Made by a program: the position numbers and the translations under genes
In this document: positions 54,190-64,000 of the stretch, one piece after another
How the letters are laid out: the number at the start of each line of letters is the position of its first letter
Numbering within the stretch: position 1 is the first letter of the stretch
Notes under the pieces: generated by a model
Seen by the model: only the letters and a program-made list of their open reading frames with translations
What the model was told of the DNA's origin: nothing
Databases searched by the model: none
From: an uncultured delta proteobacterium
GTDB taxonomy: Bacteria > Desulfobacterota > Syntrophobacteria > BM002
DNA length: 64,000 bases
Reading direction: 5' to 3'
Assembly (NCBI GenBank): GCA_963712115.1
Contig: CAVQGX010000002.1
Span: 40,279 to 104,278 of the forward strand

Positions 54190-54757
54190 GATACCCCTCC
54201 CTTCTTCGACTTCAAATTTTCGGATAAATGATCTTCCCCCTTTCAGCTGCGGAAGACCGGACAAAGTAGACCCTCCAAGATTTCAGTGATGAGCATCTAC
54301 TATTGGGTGGCCCAATTTCTCATCAGTGATCCAGTGTGGGCTTACGATGACTTGGTTGAGACAGGATGTTTGTGTGCTAACGTATAGCTTCGTCTGAACT
54401 TACCTATCGAGGTTATGCGCCTTTGGTAGGTTCAAGGCTTACATTCTCAGAGGGTTTTCAGTTTGTCAAGAAGTTTGTCCACAGGGCCACCGCAATTCTG
54501 CCAGCTTCAAAAGGCCTATTCCCATGATTAATTGTTTTCTTTTGGGAAGATGGAAAGCGGATCGGGGTCACAGCCAAAGTACGCATTGCATCCCTTAATT
54601 CACACTCGTCCGTTTTTTAAGCTGGCACAAGATGTTGAGAAGAAAAAAGCGGAGCCAAAAACTCCGCATTTTCTTGGTGTAAATCGAGATATTGTGGCTT
54701 GGTCTCAACAGCAAAAGTGTGGATTTAAGTATGTAATTCACATTTCAGGTAGGCTAG

Positions 54758-56357
54758 GAGTCTGTCGGAGTATTACTAGGATTTCTTTGACTCCTTCGGT
54801 TGTTCTTTGAAAATCTGAGCGTTTTGTATCGAAGCCGACCTTGGTCAGTTGGTGCTGTCAGGCTTGGACCCCTTGTCTTTGCTCAAGCTGACGAGCAAGG
54901 TTCAGTATCCCCCTCGGGTTAGGCTGTTACCGGCTTCCATCCACTGCGAAACAGCTTCAAGAGGTTGTGCCCGAGGCAGATCAACTCCCACTCGGCACTC
55001 ACCTTGTCGAAGCCCCACAAGAGGAACTGGCGGAACCTTCGCACCTGCTTGATTTGGCCAAACACTGGCTCGACGATCTCTTTGCGCTTCGAATAGGTGT
55101 TTCTGCCCCTGATCGTTCGCAGCTTGCGAGCCATTCGCTCCTTGACCGTGGCATCTTTGGGAATAAGCCCTCGAGGAGCCGCTGGCACCCGATCCGTGTG
55201 CTTCCACTTACCAGTAGCCACATAGGCGTCGATGTGTTGGTCAGTAAGGTAGGTGACATTGTCTTGGCTGTAGTAGTCACTATCAGCACTTAGCTGCTTG
55301 GGCGTGGCGCCATCTAGGTTGCTCTTCAGTTTCTCCATTACTGGTTTGACTTGACGCTTGTCGTTGGCATACTGGGTAACCCGTGGAGCAAGGATCACCT
55401 GATGGGCCTCATCAACAGCTGCCTGGCAGTTGTAGCATTGTTCAAAAGACTTGGTGGCGCTCATCTTCATGATCCGCGAGTCCGGATCAGTGAAGTTGCG
55501 CTGGGCTTTAGGCTCGGGCTTGTCTGAAGGAGCCTTCGGTGGTCGACCTCGACGGCTACCCGGACGACTATCGTAGTCCTGTCTCTTTTTCTCGTAGGCG
55601 GCTTGTTGCTCAGGAGCATGCTTTAAGACTTCCCGCTCCAGTGCCGCTTTGGCCTCTTTGATCTTGGCAAGCCGTGATTGCTTGAACCGCAGCTCCTCGG
55701 GTACCTCGTCACCACCTCGGCCCTTTCCGTAACGGCTGTCCTCGCTCGCATCCATTGCCTCGGCCTCAGCAAGCAGACGCTGCACTTCGGCTTCGAGCTC
55801 TCGAACACTCTTTTCCATGCGAGCGTAGCTCATCGCCTTGTGCTTCGAAGCGTTGGCCCGAACCTTTGTACCATCCAAGGCTACGTGCCCCAACTTTAAC
55901 AATCCAGCTCTCTGGCACAGCCTGAGCACCTGGACAAAAAGAGCGGCTAATGCCTTCAGATGGCGACGACGAAACGCACAAATGGTGGCGTGATCCGGAT
56001 GTTGGTCTGCCGCAAGCAGCCGAAACGCAATTGACTCATAGGTGGCTTTCTCGATCTTGCGGCTACTGGGAACCCCTACACAGTAGGCGTAGATCAAAAG
56101 CGCCACCATCATCTCAGGATGGTACGCTGGATAGCCCCCTTTGGAACCATCATAGCTAGCGAAAATCTCTGATAGCTCCAACTGACCCACCACATCACGG
56201 ATGAAGTACACCAAGTGGTCTTCAGGCAACCACTTGCTCATGTCGGGGGGCAACAAAAACAACTGACCTGGCTCGTAACGGCGGAATGTATTTGGTGTTT
56301 TCATGAACCAGAGTTTACCATATTAACTCATAACTTTGGGAGTACTCCGACAGACTC
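54758..56357 (-). mobile_element. IS1182-family insertion sequence, copy 2 (1600 bp)
   Basis: Same TIRs; CTAG at 54754-54757 and 56358-56361; near-identical to copy 1. Confidence 0.95.
54919..56304 (-). CDS. IS1182-family DDE transposase
   Basis: Differs from copy 1 at three C-terminal residues (R>L, G>R, R>W). Confidence 0.95.
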   Translation of the reverse strand: MKTPNTFRRYEPGQLFLLPPDMSKWLPEDHLVYFIRDVVGQLELSEIFASYDGSKGGYPAYHPEMMVALLIYAYCVGVPSSRKIEKATYESIAFRLLAADQHPDHATICAFRRRHLKALAALFVQVLRLCQRAGLLKLGHVALDGTKVRANASKHKAMSYARMEKSVRELEAEVQRLLAEAEAMDASEDSRYGKGRGGDEVPEELRFKQSRLAKIKEAKAALEREVLKHAPEQQAAYEKKRQDYDSRPGSRRGRPPKAPSDKPEPKAQRNFTDPDSRIMKMSATKSFEQCYNCQAAVDEAHQVILAPRVTQYANDKRQVKPVMEKLKSNLDGATPKQLSADSDYYSQDNVTYLTDQHIDAYVATGKWKHTDRVPAAPRGLIPKDATVKERMARKLRTIRGRNTYSKRKEIVEPVFGQIKQVRRFRQFLLWGFDKVSAEWELICLGHNLLKLFRSGWKPVTA

Positions 56358-56634
56358 CTAGGTTGGACTTCGGTTGAACACACTTACACTGAGCAATGGA
56401 ATTATGCAGGTATGATTAGCATATCTAAAGTTTTCATGACTACCAGGAATTAAACATCTATAGCAGAACCTTCAATTCTGGACTAGATGCTTGGTGCATC
56501 AATATATAGTCGCAAATTGCCTATGTGCAAAGCTGTCTTAAGGTCATTTTTTAACTCCAAAATGTTTAGTGCAGGAGTTTGGATACTGACATCGAGGCTA
56601 GAAACAACAGTAATCCAAGTCGGATTATGAATTC

Positions 56635-57756
56635 TCAGACTCTTGCTGCCTTTTCCCGCTCCTTTTTCTCAATCACACAATAAATGCCGCCTTCTTCAAG
56701 GCCAGGCAGGAAGCAGCTATTGCATGAAATACACTTGGCTGGACTGCGGTCGCCCTGCATCCAGCGATTGGCCAATCCCGGTTCTCTGATCAGTGGTCTG
56801 GCCATGGCAATGTAATCCATGCCATCTTCCTTGACTGTTTTTTCGGCAATCTCATAAGAGCGGAATCCACCCACAACCATTACCGGACAGCTGACCACCT
56901 CTTTGATGCGGCGGGCCAATGGCAAGTTATATGCTTCCTTTTCAGATTTTAGGATTTTCTCGCGGACTGGACCTTTCTCTCCAGAGGCTGGAGTGCCGGC
57001 GGAGACTTCTATGGCATCAATACCCACTTTAACAAGTGCCTTGGCAGCATAAACCGCATCATCAATTTCCAGACCACCATCCAGGTGATCTGAAGCGTTC
57101 AGCTTAATAAAAACAGGATAGTCGGGGCCTACTGCCTCCCGCACCTTTCGGTAGACTTCGAGGAGAAACCGGCTTCGGTTTTCAATACTACCGCCATATT
57201 CATCACTACGGCGGTTGGTTAGCGGAGAGAGAAACTGGTTAATCAGAAAGCCATGGGCGCCATGCAGTTGCACTCCATTGAAGCCCCAGGACTTAGCCCG
57301 TCGCGCCCCTTCTCCAAAAGCTGAAATAGTGTCAATGATTTCTTCCTTGGTGAGTTCAGCAGGCATCTCCGGGTATTGGTCAACCTTTACGGCCGAAGGA
57401 GCGAGGGGTTGGCGTCCTGCGTAGGTAGAATTGGTTTCGCCGCCGGCGTGAACCAACTGGATGGCAATCTTGCCACCAACACTGTGAACAGTGCTGGTGA
57501 GGTTCTCATAGTCGCTCGCAAAGTCATCGGTATTGATGCCCATTTTGCCGGGCAACCCTTTGCCATCAGGCCTTACAAATGTATAGCCCGAAATAATCAA
57601 CCCTATACCGCCTTGTGCTAAGTCGCGATAACAGTTGATCAATTTTTCCGTGGGCCTGCCGTCCTGCTCGCACATACCCTCCCAAGTGGCGGATCGGATG
57701 AGACGGTTTCGCAGGGTCACGCCATTAATTACAGTTTCCTCGAACAGTGCAGTCAT
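56635..57756 (-). CDS. NADH:flavin oxidoreductase (old yellow enzyme family)
   Basis: LRNRLIRSAT, QLVHAG, QLHGAHGFLINQFLSP, ARPLIREP, CISCNSC. Confidence 0.94.
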   Translation of the reverse strand: MTALFEETVINGVTLRNRLIRSATWEGMCEQDGRPTEKLINCYRDLAQGGIGLIISGYTFVRPDGKGLPGKMGINTDDFASDYENLTSTVHSVGGKIAIQLVHAGGETNSTYAGRQPLAPSAVKVDQYPEMPAELTKEEIIDTISAFGEGARRAKSWGFNGVQLHGAHGFLINQFLSPLTNRRSDEYGGSIENRSRFLLEVYRKVREAVGPDYPVFIKLNASDHLDGGLEIDDAVYAAKALVKVGIDAIEVSAGTPASGEKGPVREKILKSEKEAYNLPLARRIKEVVSCPVMVVGGFRSYEIAEKTVKEDGMDYIAMARPLIREPGLANRWMQGDRSPAKCISCNSCFLPGLEEGGIYCVIEKKEREKAARV

Positions 57757-57877
57757 GCCCTACCTCCTCATGCTTGGAATCAGCAAATGGTTGCAATTGG
57801 TTGAAATAGCTTGCTCACTCTGTCTAGATCTTCGTACCCATGTCGTGTGTTCGAAAGAGCGAAGAGAAGACTTGCTC

Positions 57878-58834
57878 TCAAACATTTATCTTCTTCTGAA
57901 CCAAGCTCTGTAAATCGCAGGTTCCAAGCCCCCACTTTTGTCCCAGTCTGATGAAGCCTATATCCATAGGAGTTTTGCCAAACAGCATAGCGGCCTTGGC
58001 GTCCGCAGCAACCGGATCATCACTTAAGACCAAAGTATTCTTATCGGCAACATCAGATTTGCTTCCACCGGAAGGACCATTTCTGGTCATGATCCTGGTG
58101 GCATCGATCAGGGTCACGGTGGGTTTAAAGAATTGGGCTAGATCAACAATATTCTCATGGATATCCCCGTGCAGGGACCACCGCCTTCCACCAACAGCGC
58201 CTATCCAATTCTTCATGCCAAGGGTCAGGGAACTCAATATATGATGCTTTGCCACCGGTAGGTTAATTACCTTGTCAGCTTCGACCAATGGCAGATAGAC
58301 AGGCCAGATATCCAGGCGATTTCCCCGCAAGTTCATGTCCCGCATGAGAGATGCGGTGGGATAAACCAGCTCCGCCCCAGTTTTACTTGCTACAGCCTCT
58401 GCACCTGTTACCTTGAAGCAGAACCCGGCATCCTCAATGGTATTATCAGCGATTCTGACCTTTTTTGCCCCGGCTTCTTGACAAAGCTCAATGACCGCTT
58501 GCAATACTTCCGCATTTGTGGTGGCGCCCAGGTGAACCGGTCTGGCCCAAGAGATATTCGGTTTGATAACTACCACATCTCCCCTTGAAACAAATCGTCT
58601 CATTCCTCCGACCGCTTCGAAGACCTTTCTTGCCAACTCTTTCCGACTGTAGCCCTCTTCTGCGCCAACGCCTTCCACAACAAAGCCTGTCTTCTTTTCC
58701 CCGGCCCAAGCCAACAGTGGTCCTCGGACAGATCCCGTGACAAAACCGGCAAGCGCTAGAGAGCCAGATAAGTGAAGTAGCCTTTTAATACATGCTCTTC
58801 TTGTAATAGGATGATCTCGCAACATAATCCACAC
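57878..58834 (-). CDS. DUF362 domain protein with Tat-like signal
   Basis: TRRACIK; VVIKPN, INLPVAKHH, TLGMKNWIG, DPVAADA. Confidence 0.88.
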   Translation of the reverse strand: MWIMLRDHPITRRACIKRLLHLSGSLALAGFVTGSVRGPLLAWAGEKKTGFVVEGVGAEEGYSRKELARKVFEAVGGMRRFVSRGDVVVIKPNISWARPVHLGATTNAEVLQAVIELCQEAGAKKVRIADNTIEDAGFCFKVTGAEAVASKTGAELVYPTASLMRDMNLRGNRLDIWPVYLPLVEADKVINLPVAKHHILSSLTLGMKNWIGAVGGRRWSLHGDIHENIVDLAQFFKPTVTLIDATRIMTRNGPSGGSKSDVADKNTLVLSDDPVAADAKAAMLFGKTPMDIGFIRLGQKWGLGTCDLQSLVQKKINV

Positions 58835-58926
58835 CTCTTTAATTTGCCAGGATGACGGCCTGATGGGTTGTGTCCGTAGCGAAGAAGATTTGCCTCTGGT
58901 CCTGGCCCGAGTGGGAAATAGCTTTA

Positions 58927-59814
58927 TTACAATAATGAATCTTGTTTCCAGCCCAAATGGGCGATCTCTATTTCTTCCATGCGGCTCGTTCCCAATCCGT
59001 AGACTTTGTCAGCAGCTTCTAGGCAGATTGGTGGTGGAGAAAGGGGCCAAGGTTCGCCTCGTAAAGCTCGCCTTTTTTCTTCGATTATTCTTAGGCAAAC
59101 AGTCTCGACTGCAACCGGATCCGTACCGGCGATCAAGCCACTGTATGGCCATTTATAGCGAGGATCAGCCTGGGGCCCTTTATCACAAAGCGGATAGAGC
59201 GCGTCCACCAAGACAAGTTTTGTTTTCCCTTTCACATGAGGAAGATGCCAAATCTCCCCCAACTTTGCACTGTTTTGTTGGTGATATGCAGAGGGGCTGC
59301 CAGAATACATAATGTAGTTCTTGAGAACTGTACCCATCCCTGTTAACCAGTGTGCTTTAAGAGCTGGTAGCGAAATCAAGGCGGTGCAGCGCTTCACTTT
59401 TCTAGATGAACCTTGCGCCATGATAATTCTCTTTTTCGGAACATCAATGTCCATTAATGCTATTTTTACAGCATCTACCAGTTCATCATGCGTTGGATTT
59501 AAATGCCCTGTCGTCACCAGACCAACTGTATCTTCTGGTGTGATTATCGTCGACCATGCTTCTTTACTATTTTTTCTGCCCGTAAGTTGAACGATGGACT
59601 GATCAAGCATCTTCTGTAGCACCTTGAAATCGACATCGAGGTCTGCATTCATTACATCTTTATCACGGACGACCGTAACTAAACTTAATGGAGCTGTCTT
59701 CTCACTCCCCACAGCCCACCTAACACCGAACATGGAAGTCCCAAGAGTCGCACCAATGGTTCCACGTATGAAATCTCTTCTTGTGATTAGCCTTCGTTTA
59801 TTTGGCACGATCAT
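58927..59814 (-). CDS. DUF362 domain protein with Tat signal
   Basis: TRRDFIRG; LPALKAH, LKNY, GTDPVAVE. Confidence 0.85.
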   Translation of the reverse strand: MIVPNKRRLITRRDFIRGTIGATLGTSMFGVRWAVGSEKTAPLSLVTVVRDKDVMNADLDVDFKVLQKMLDQSIVQLTGRKNSKEAWSTIITPEDTVGLVTTGHLNPTHDELVDAVKIALMDIDVPKKRIIMAQGSSRKVKRCTALISLPALKAHWLTGMGTVLKNYIMYSGSPSAYHQQNSAKLGEIWHLPHVKGKTKLVLVDALYPLCDKGPQADPRYKWPYSGLIAGTDPVAVETVCLRIIEEKRRALRGEPWPLSPPPICLEAADKVYGLGTSRMEEIEIAHLGWKQDSLL

Positions 59815-60830
59815 CCTCCCGCTTTTAATAAATTGAATTGAATTTGTTTGATGATCATTCGGGCAGAGTTCTCATCTGGGCATTCGAATACAATTGCGAT
59901 ACACGGACCATGCACTTTATAGCCTAACCAACCATCCTCGATTTTGAAGCAACTCTGGCTTTTGGTAACAGAGCCTGAGACGAAATCTTTCTCATGTTCT
60001 GGTAGATACGCTTTATGGAAATGATCAAGCGCTTGTTGCGCTTGTCCAGAATCGGGATATCTCACAAAAAGAAATTGGACACGCTTGCGATCTTTACCAT
60101 CCATGCTGTCATAGGGTGCAGCAACAGCTTCGGCTGAAAGATCTAGGTTCAGAATATTTTGATGACTGAGATAATATAGTGAGTTCAGTACAAGATGCGA
60201 CCGAAAATAGCCGATCCTGTCCTTTGATAGTTTCCAATCCACACCAATCTCAAGGGGAAGGATTTTCAATAATTCTGGCTCAGGGGGACTCTTTCGGTTG
60301 GCAGCAATTTGCTTACCTAAGGTAAGAACCGCTTGTTTTGAGGCAGGAGTTTCACGAAAAGCCAAGACTCGAGAATAGAGATTGTCAGACCAGATGCGCA
60401 ACAGACCTGCACCATAGAGGGCCCTGGTCGAAGAAGTAAGAGATCGGTTTAATGTGTTTGTAGTAGAGTCAATGAAAGATACGTGCTCACCTCCCCAATC
60501 CAAGGAAAGCAAACCAAAAGCATCGTCAGAGGTCTCCATATAATATAGTTCTACTAAGATGCTTTTTTCGTCATCAGCCTTATACTCATATACTTCAAGG
60601 CGGTCGAAGCGATAGGCCAGATAAAGCTCTCCAGCTCCGTCCATATACTCAAAAATATTCCTAGAATTAATTACTCGAGGCGAATCGGGTCTTGTCCAAA
60701 CACCAATAGTTTTAGGTAGATTGGGTTTGTATACTTTCATCCTGCCTGTTGCCCCCTCAGATGCTGACACCATCAAAGTAATTGTCAAAAGAAAAAAGGC
60801 TGTTCTCAATGAAGTTCTAGGAGTCAGCAT
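59811..60830 (-). CDS. DUF6599-like secreted protein
   Basis: IFEYMDGAGELYLAYRF, VELYYMETSDDAFG; signal peptide from ATG 60830; overlaps next start by 4 nt. Confidence 0.75.
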   Translation of the reverse strand: MLTPRTSLRTAFFLLTITLMVSASEGATGRMKVYKPNLPKTIGVWTRPDSPRVINSRNIFEYMDGAGELYLAYRFDRLEVYEYKADDEKSILVELYYMETSDDAFGLLSLDWGGEHVSFIDSTTNTLNRSLTSSTRALYGAGLLRIWSDNLYSRVLAFRETPASKQAVLTLGKQIAANRKSPPEPELLKILPLEIGVDWKLSKDRIGYFRSHLVLNSLYYLSHQNILNLDLSAEAVAAPYDSMDGKDRKRVQFLFVRYPDSGQAQQALDHFHKAYLPEHEKDFVSGSVTKSQSCFKIEDGWLGYKVHGPCIAIVFECPDENSARMIIKQIQFNLLKAGG

Positions 60831-61272
60831 AGATTCTTCAGGTAGTTCGCGGTTTTTTTGCTGTGTTTGGAGGTTAATAGAGCAAGGACAAGAAGAGTCG
60901 CCTGAGTAATCATTGCAATAAGTATGACAAAATAGATGTCCATTTATTTCCAGGATATACGATAAAAATTCTTTCTTTTCCAATAGTTATCGGTTTTAGA
61001 GCGATTCTATATATTGCTGAGTTATCGCAAGTCTTAATGTTTCAGTATATTACTAAAAATATCGACCTACGGAAAGGTATCTGTTCCCCAAAAAACTAGC
61101 AGTAGAAATGGTCGCTAATCATTGATGATGGGAGTTCACATCGCTTGCCAAGATGTGAACTTCTACATAAGTTTAGATATGATCAGGAAATCATAAATTT
61201 TTGGTGGGGTCATAAACTAAAGATAAATAGCAGGGAACTTAAATTGCGAGACTAACGGGTCAAGCGCCATAT

Positions 61273-61509
61273 GTGGTAGTATCCAAGAGGGGACAGATCC
61301 TTCTGATTGGGACGGATGGGATATGGGAAACACACAATGAGTCCGGCGAAATGTTCGGCAAAAAGCGCCTTTCTACGCTCATCCGTGAGAATGCCTCATC
61401 TACTTCCGAAAAAATCCTTCATTCCATAATTGAGTCGTTAAAAGCGTTCAGGGGGTCGGTTAAACGAGAAGACGATGTCACACTGTCCGTTGTGAAAATT
61501 GTTCAATAA
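61273..61509 (+). pseudogene. PP2C/SpoIIE phosphatase C-terminal fragment
   Basis: GTDGIWET, GEMFGK, EDDVTL; N-terminal part absent. Confidence 0.8.
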
Positions 61510-61558
61510 ACCGGGCAAACCGCGGCTTGTGGCCAAGAGATCTGAAAAGGATTCCCCT

Positions 61559-61937
61559 TTATTTTCCTAAACCCGTTTCATGCTTTGGCGTTTCCAAGAG
61601 ATGAGGACATTTGCCCATTACCTGTTTCTCAAGCTCTTGATCTAATTGCACCTTATAAAGTGTTTTTGCTTCGCATAACTGTTCAACCTCTAAGTTACCC
61701 GCCCCCGTGAAGTTGGCTGCCTCAAGGTTGGCTTCTGCGAGGTCGGCTCTCCTGAGGTTGGCTCCCCTGAGGTCGGCTCTCTCGAGGACAGCTCCTGTGA
61801 GGCTAGCATACCCGAGGTCGGCTTTCCGTGAGGTTGGCTTCCGTGAGGTCACGTCTTATTTTAGGCTTGTCCTTCCACCACTTGTTCCAGGCCTCAACGC
61901 CCTCTTTAAGTCTTCTTAAGTGTTCCGGGTTTGCCAT
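61559..61937 (-). pseudogene. Pentapeptide repeat protein with +1 frameshift
   Basis: MANPEHL..LKEGVEAWNKW start at 61937 after AAGGAG; A(D/N)Lxx repeats; extra base at 61823-61825. Confidence 0.85.
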
Positions 61938-62084
61938 TTTGCTTTTCTCCTTTCTTCGTTTCTGAATTTTTATCTTGGGTCCGGCACTCGCTTTTCCTTA
62001 CACTCCACTTACTCAATCGAACCTATTGCCCTGTTGACGCTTGAAGTCCGCGTAAGCCCTGCGGTTAAGCCGGAGATTGCTCCT

Positions 62085-62307
62085 TTATGAGAGATTGCCC
62101 AGCAGGTCGGGTCGAGGCATCGCCGGACAGTCCGGTGCCCCGAGGTTCTCGTCCATGATTGTAATTTCCCACTCCGGCGGGGTCAGGCCCGCGAGAACCA
62201 TAAGGCTGAGTGGGTTCCACACACGAAAACGGTTCCAGCGGTTCTCCTTGACTTTGACGATGCTTACAAGCGGGTTGGCGGGACGGGTTGATCAGATATA
62301 GTCGCAT
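62085..62307 (-). pseudogene. B12-binding radical SAM protein N-terminal fragment
   Basis: MRLYLINP, then after a +1 shift PLSLMVLAGLTPPEWEITIMDEN...PDLLG, then truncated. Confidence 0.75.
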
Positions 62308-62398
62308 TCCGTGCAGTCACTCCTGGATAGGAATTTCATTTTTGTCCTTCTTTTCCTCAATGCTGGTTTAATGAATGGAATGTCGCAATGACGATTGG

Positions 62399-63062
62399 TT
62401 AGGTATCAATTTCAACCTTCTTGAGCCTACTTTGAATCGCCTGTCGAACCGCCATCTCATCCTGCCGAAGAGACTCGAATTCTCTATCTGCAATTTCCAG
62501 TAATCCAGCTAGACACGCAAATCTTCTTCTAACCCGGAATGGGATTTCTCCTGGAGATTTGTAGACAATGTCGTGCTCAATCTCAGCCCATGCATGTTGC
62601 AGAATCGTTCTAACCTGGATTTCGCACTTCATTTTGTCAAAGAGGGCATACTCTGGAAGTTCTATCATTTCGGGCCTGAATTCTACCACAAAGTGAACCG
62701 ATGCATATCCTAACATTGCAGGATCTGAGGACAATCTTTTATCCATTGAATGCTTAGAATCGATATTAAATTCCTTTTCGATCAGGGGTACTATCTCATC
62801 CACATCACTCGGGAAGTATGCAATTATTCTTACGCCCGCCAAGTCCCTGATGTCATTAGACAGGGACATCGAGGACCACACCTTCTCTAGTTATCTTTTC
62901 TCGAAGGTCCTCTGGGGCTTTTTCTCTGCTTGTGATCGAATGTGGGACAATACCCTTAGAACTGAGAATATACGAAAGGAATTCCTTCGTTTTTTCTGAC
63001 AGAAGCCTGTAAGTATTCCTCTGTTCTGAAGCATATTTTTTTATGACTTCATCAATGTTCAT
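62399..63062 (-). pseudogene. RelA/SpoT synthetase-domain protein (small alarmone synthetase-like) with +1 frameshift
   Basis: SREK, DLAGVR, GYASVH, EIQVRT, HAWAEIEHD; removing one base at 62863-62865 gives a 220-aa ORF. Confidence 0.85.
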
Positions 63063-63115
63063 GACCAAAGCCTCCATATATTTGGGCAAGACCTTAAACT
63101 GGCCAAGATTCAGTG

Positions 63116-63405
63116 GTCGAGTAGCGCGGGGAATTTCACACCCACGCCCTCACAGAACCCCACGTGAACCTCTCGATTCATAGGGCTCTTATCGTCCAGC
63201 CAACACCTAAGCAAAGCGCCAGTGGGCAAACAGGCCCGGCTGACACCGTTTTATGCGACTTAACCACCGCCAAGCCTTCAGAGGAATGCCTCTTAGGCGT
63301 TTGCACTTTCGGCGTGCCCACATTGACAGTAACCAATCAAAGTGCCCGAGGGCGTGATACCTCTCCGACTTTTAAGACCTACCATAGTAATTAAGCCAGC
63401 CACTG
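63116..63405 (-). mobile_element. Group II intron 3' remnant (maturase C-terminus, domains V and VI)
   Basis: DV GAGCCCTATGAATCGAGAGGTTCACGTGGGGTTC (63188-63155); DVI ending CTACTCGAC; GWLNYYGR..*..WARRK...LFAHW with an internal stop. Confidence 0.9.
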
Positions 63406-63758
63406 AGCTTCTTCGGCACACTATGAGAAGGAGATGTGACTTTTCGTGGTGATGAGATACGTAATCAAACTTCGATTACTATCGAAGTTAATATTACATC
63501 CCTTAGTTTCCAGTTTTAGCTCTAGGGACCAAAGCAGTACATGTTGGGGCAGCGCAAAATTGGACAGAATTAAAATTAAAGTATGAGATGTTGAGTTTCA
63601 GGAAGCAAGTGCGGGTTTCAGATAGTGATCATAGTTGTTGACTTTCACCACGAGAAAGAATCAGAAACGAAAAAGGCAGAGTCACAATGACCCTACATGT
63701 TGAAACAAAACAAACAAGGTGATTTATCTTCGTCTATCAAGCGAAAGACAGGCGACCC

Positions 63759-64000
63759 TCAGTTGTAGCCTTGTCCTTGGGGCGTCACGGTAATCCTCCA
63801 GGTGTTGTCAAAGCTTGTCTCCATCCCGTTCGGGCATGCATCCAGGGCAAAAAACGCATGCAACTCGATCATATGCTCGCCTGGAGTGAGGGGATTAATC
63901 ACAATGCCAATCCCCTGAACGAAGCTGATTATATCCCAGATGGGAGGATCAAAATATACTTCCCCAAAGTAGTAGTTCTCAAATTCTACTCGACAGGGAG
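63759..64000 (-). CDS. Hypothetical protein, 3' part (gene starts beyond window)
   Basis: Open frame ...QGIGIVINPLTPGEHMIEL...NTWRITVTPQGQGYN-stop. Confidence 0.7.
   Translation of the reverse strand, partial: PCRVEFENYYFGEVYFDPPIWDIISFVQGIGIVINPLTPGEHMIELHAFFALDACPNGMETSFDNTWRITVTPQGQGYN

Noticed and set aside
61124-61166. Fluoride riboswitch-like sequence (also a partial look-alike at 50915-50941, minus strand)
   Set aside because: Simple hairpin lacking the GCUxAUGAC element; the second lacks the 5' GAUG pseudoknot arm; no fluoride-related gene follows

Overview
Chromosomal window from an anaerobic Desulfobacterota (deltaproteobacterial)-type genome, judged from gene content and order rather than a database match. 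Left to right: 3' end of glmS; zapB-zapA-6S RNA-rny-ymdB-tyrS; a complete rRNA operon (16S, tRNA-Ile, tRNA-Ala, 23S, 5S); the Wood-Ljungdahl carbonyl-branch operon acsD-cooS-acsB-acsC-acsE; a short-chain acyl-CoA module (CitE/Mcl-like lyase, TetR, icmF, acyl-CoA dehydrogenase, PaaI thioesterase, with thiolase-hbd about 23 kb away sharing an identical operator); trxB; two-component genes; then an accessory region (49-64 kb) with two IS1182-family copies, a DUF6599/DUF362 operon, gene fragments, a RelA/SpoT-domain gene and a group II intron remnant. Main findings: (1) a 75-aa TusA/SirA-like ORF missing from the ORF track, with an in-frame UGA in a Cys-UGA motif followed by a SECIS-like hairpin, divergent from trxB (candidate selenoprotein); (2) nested 7/8-bp-period inverted repeat arrays in most intergenic spacers left of 47 kb, with empty and filled alleles; (3) a 184-bp MITE with compensatory base changes; (4) a TetR regulon readable from sequence; (5) five +1 homopolymer frameshifts that look like assembly artefacts. 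All calls are by eye; no searches were run.
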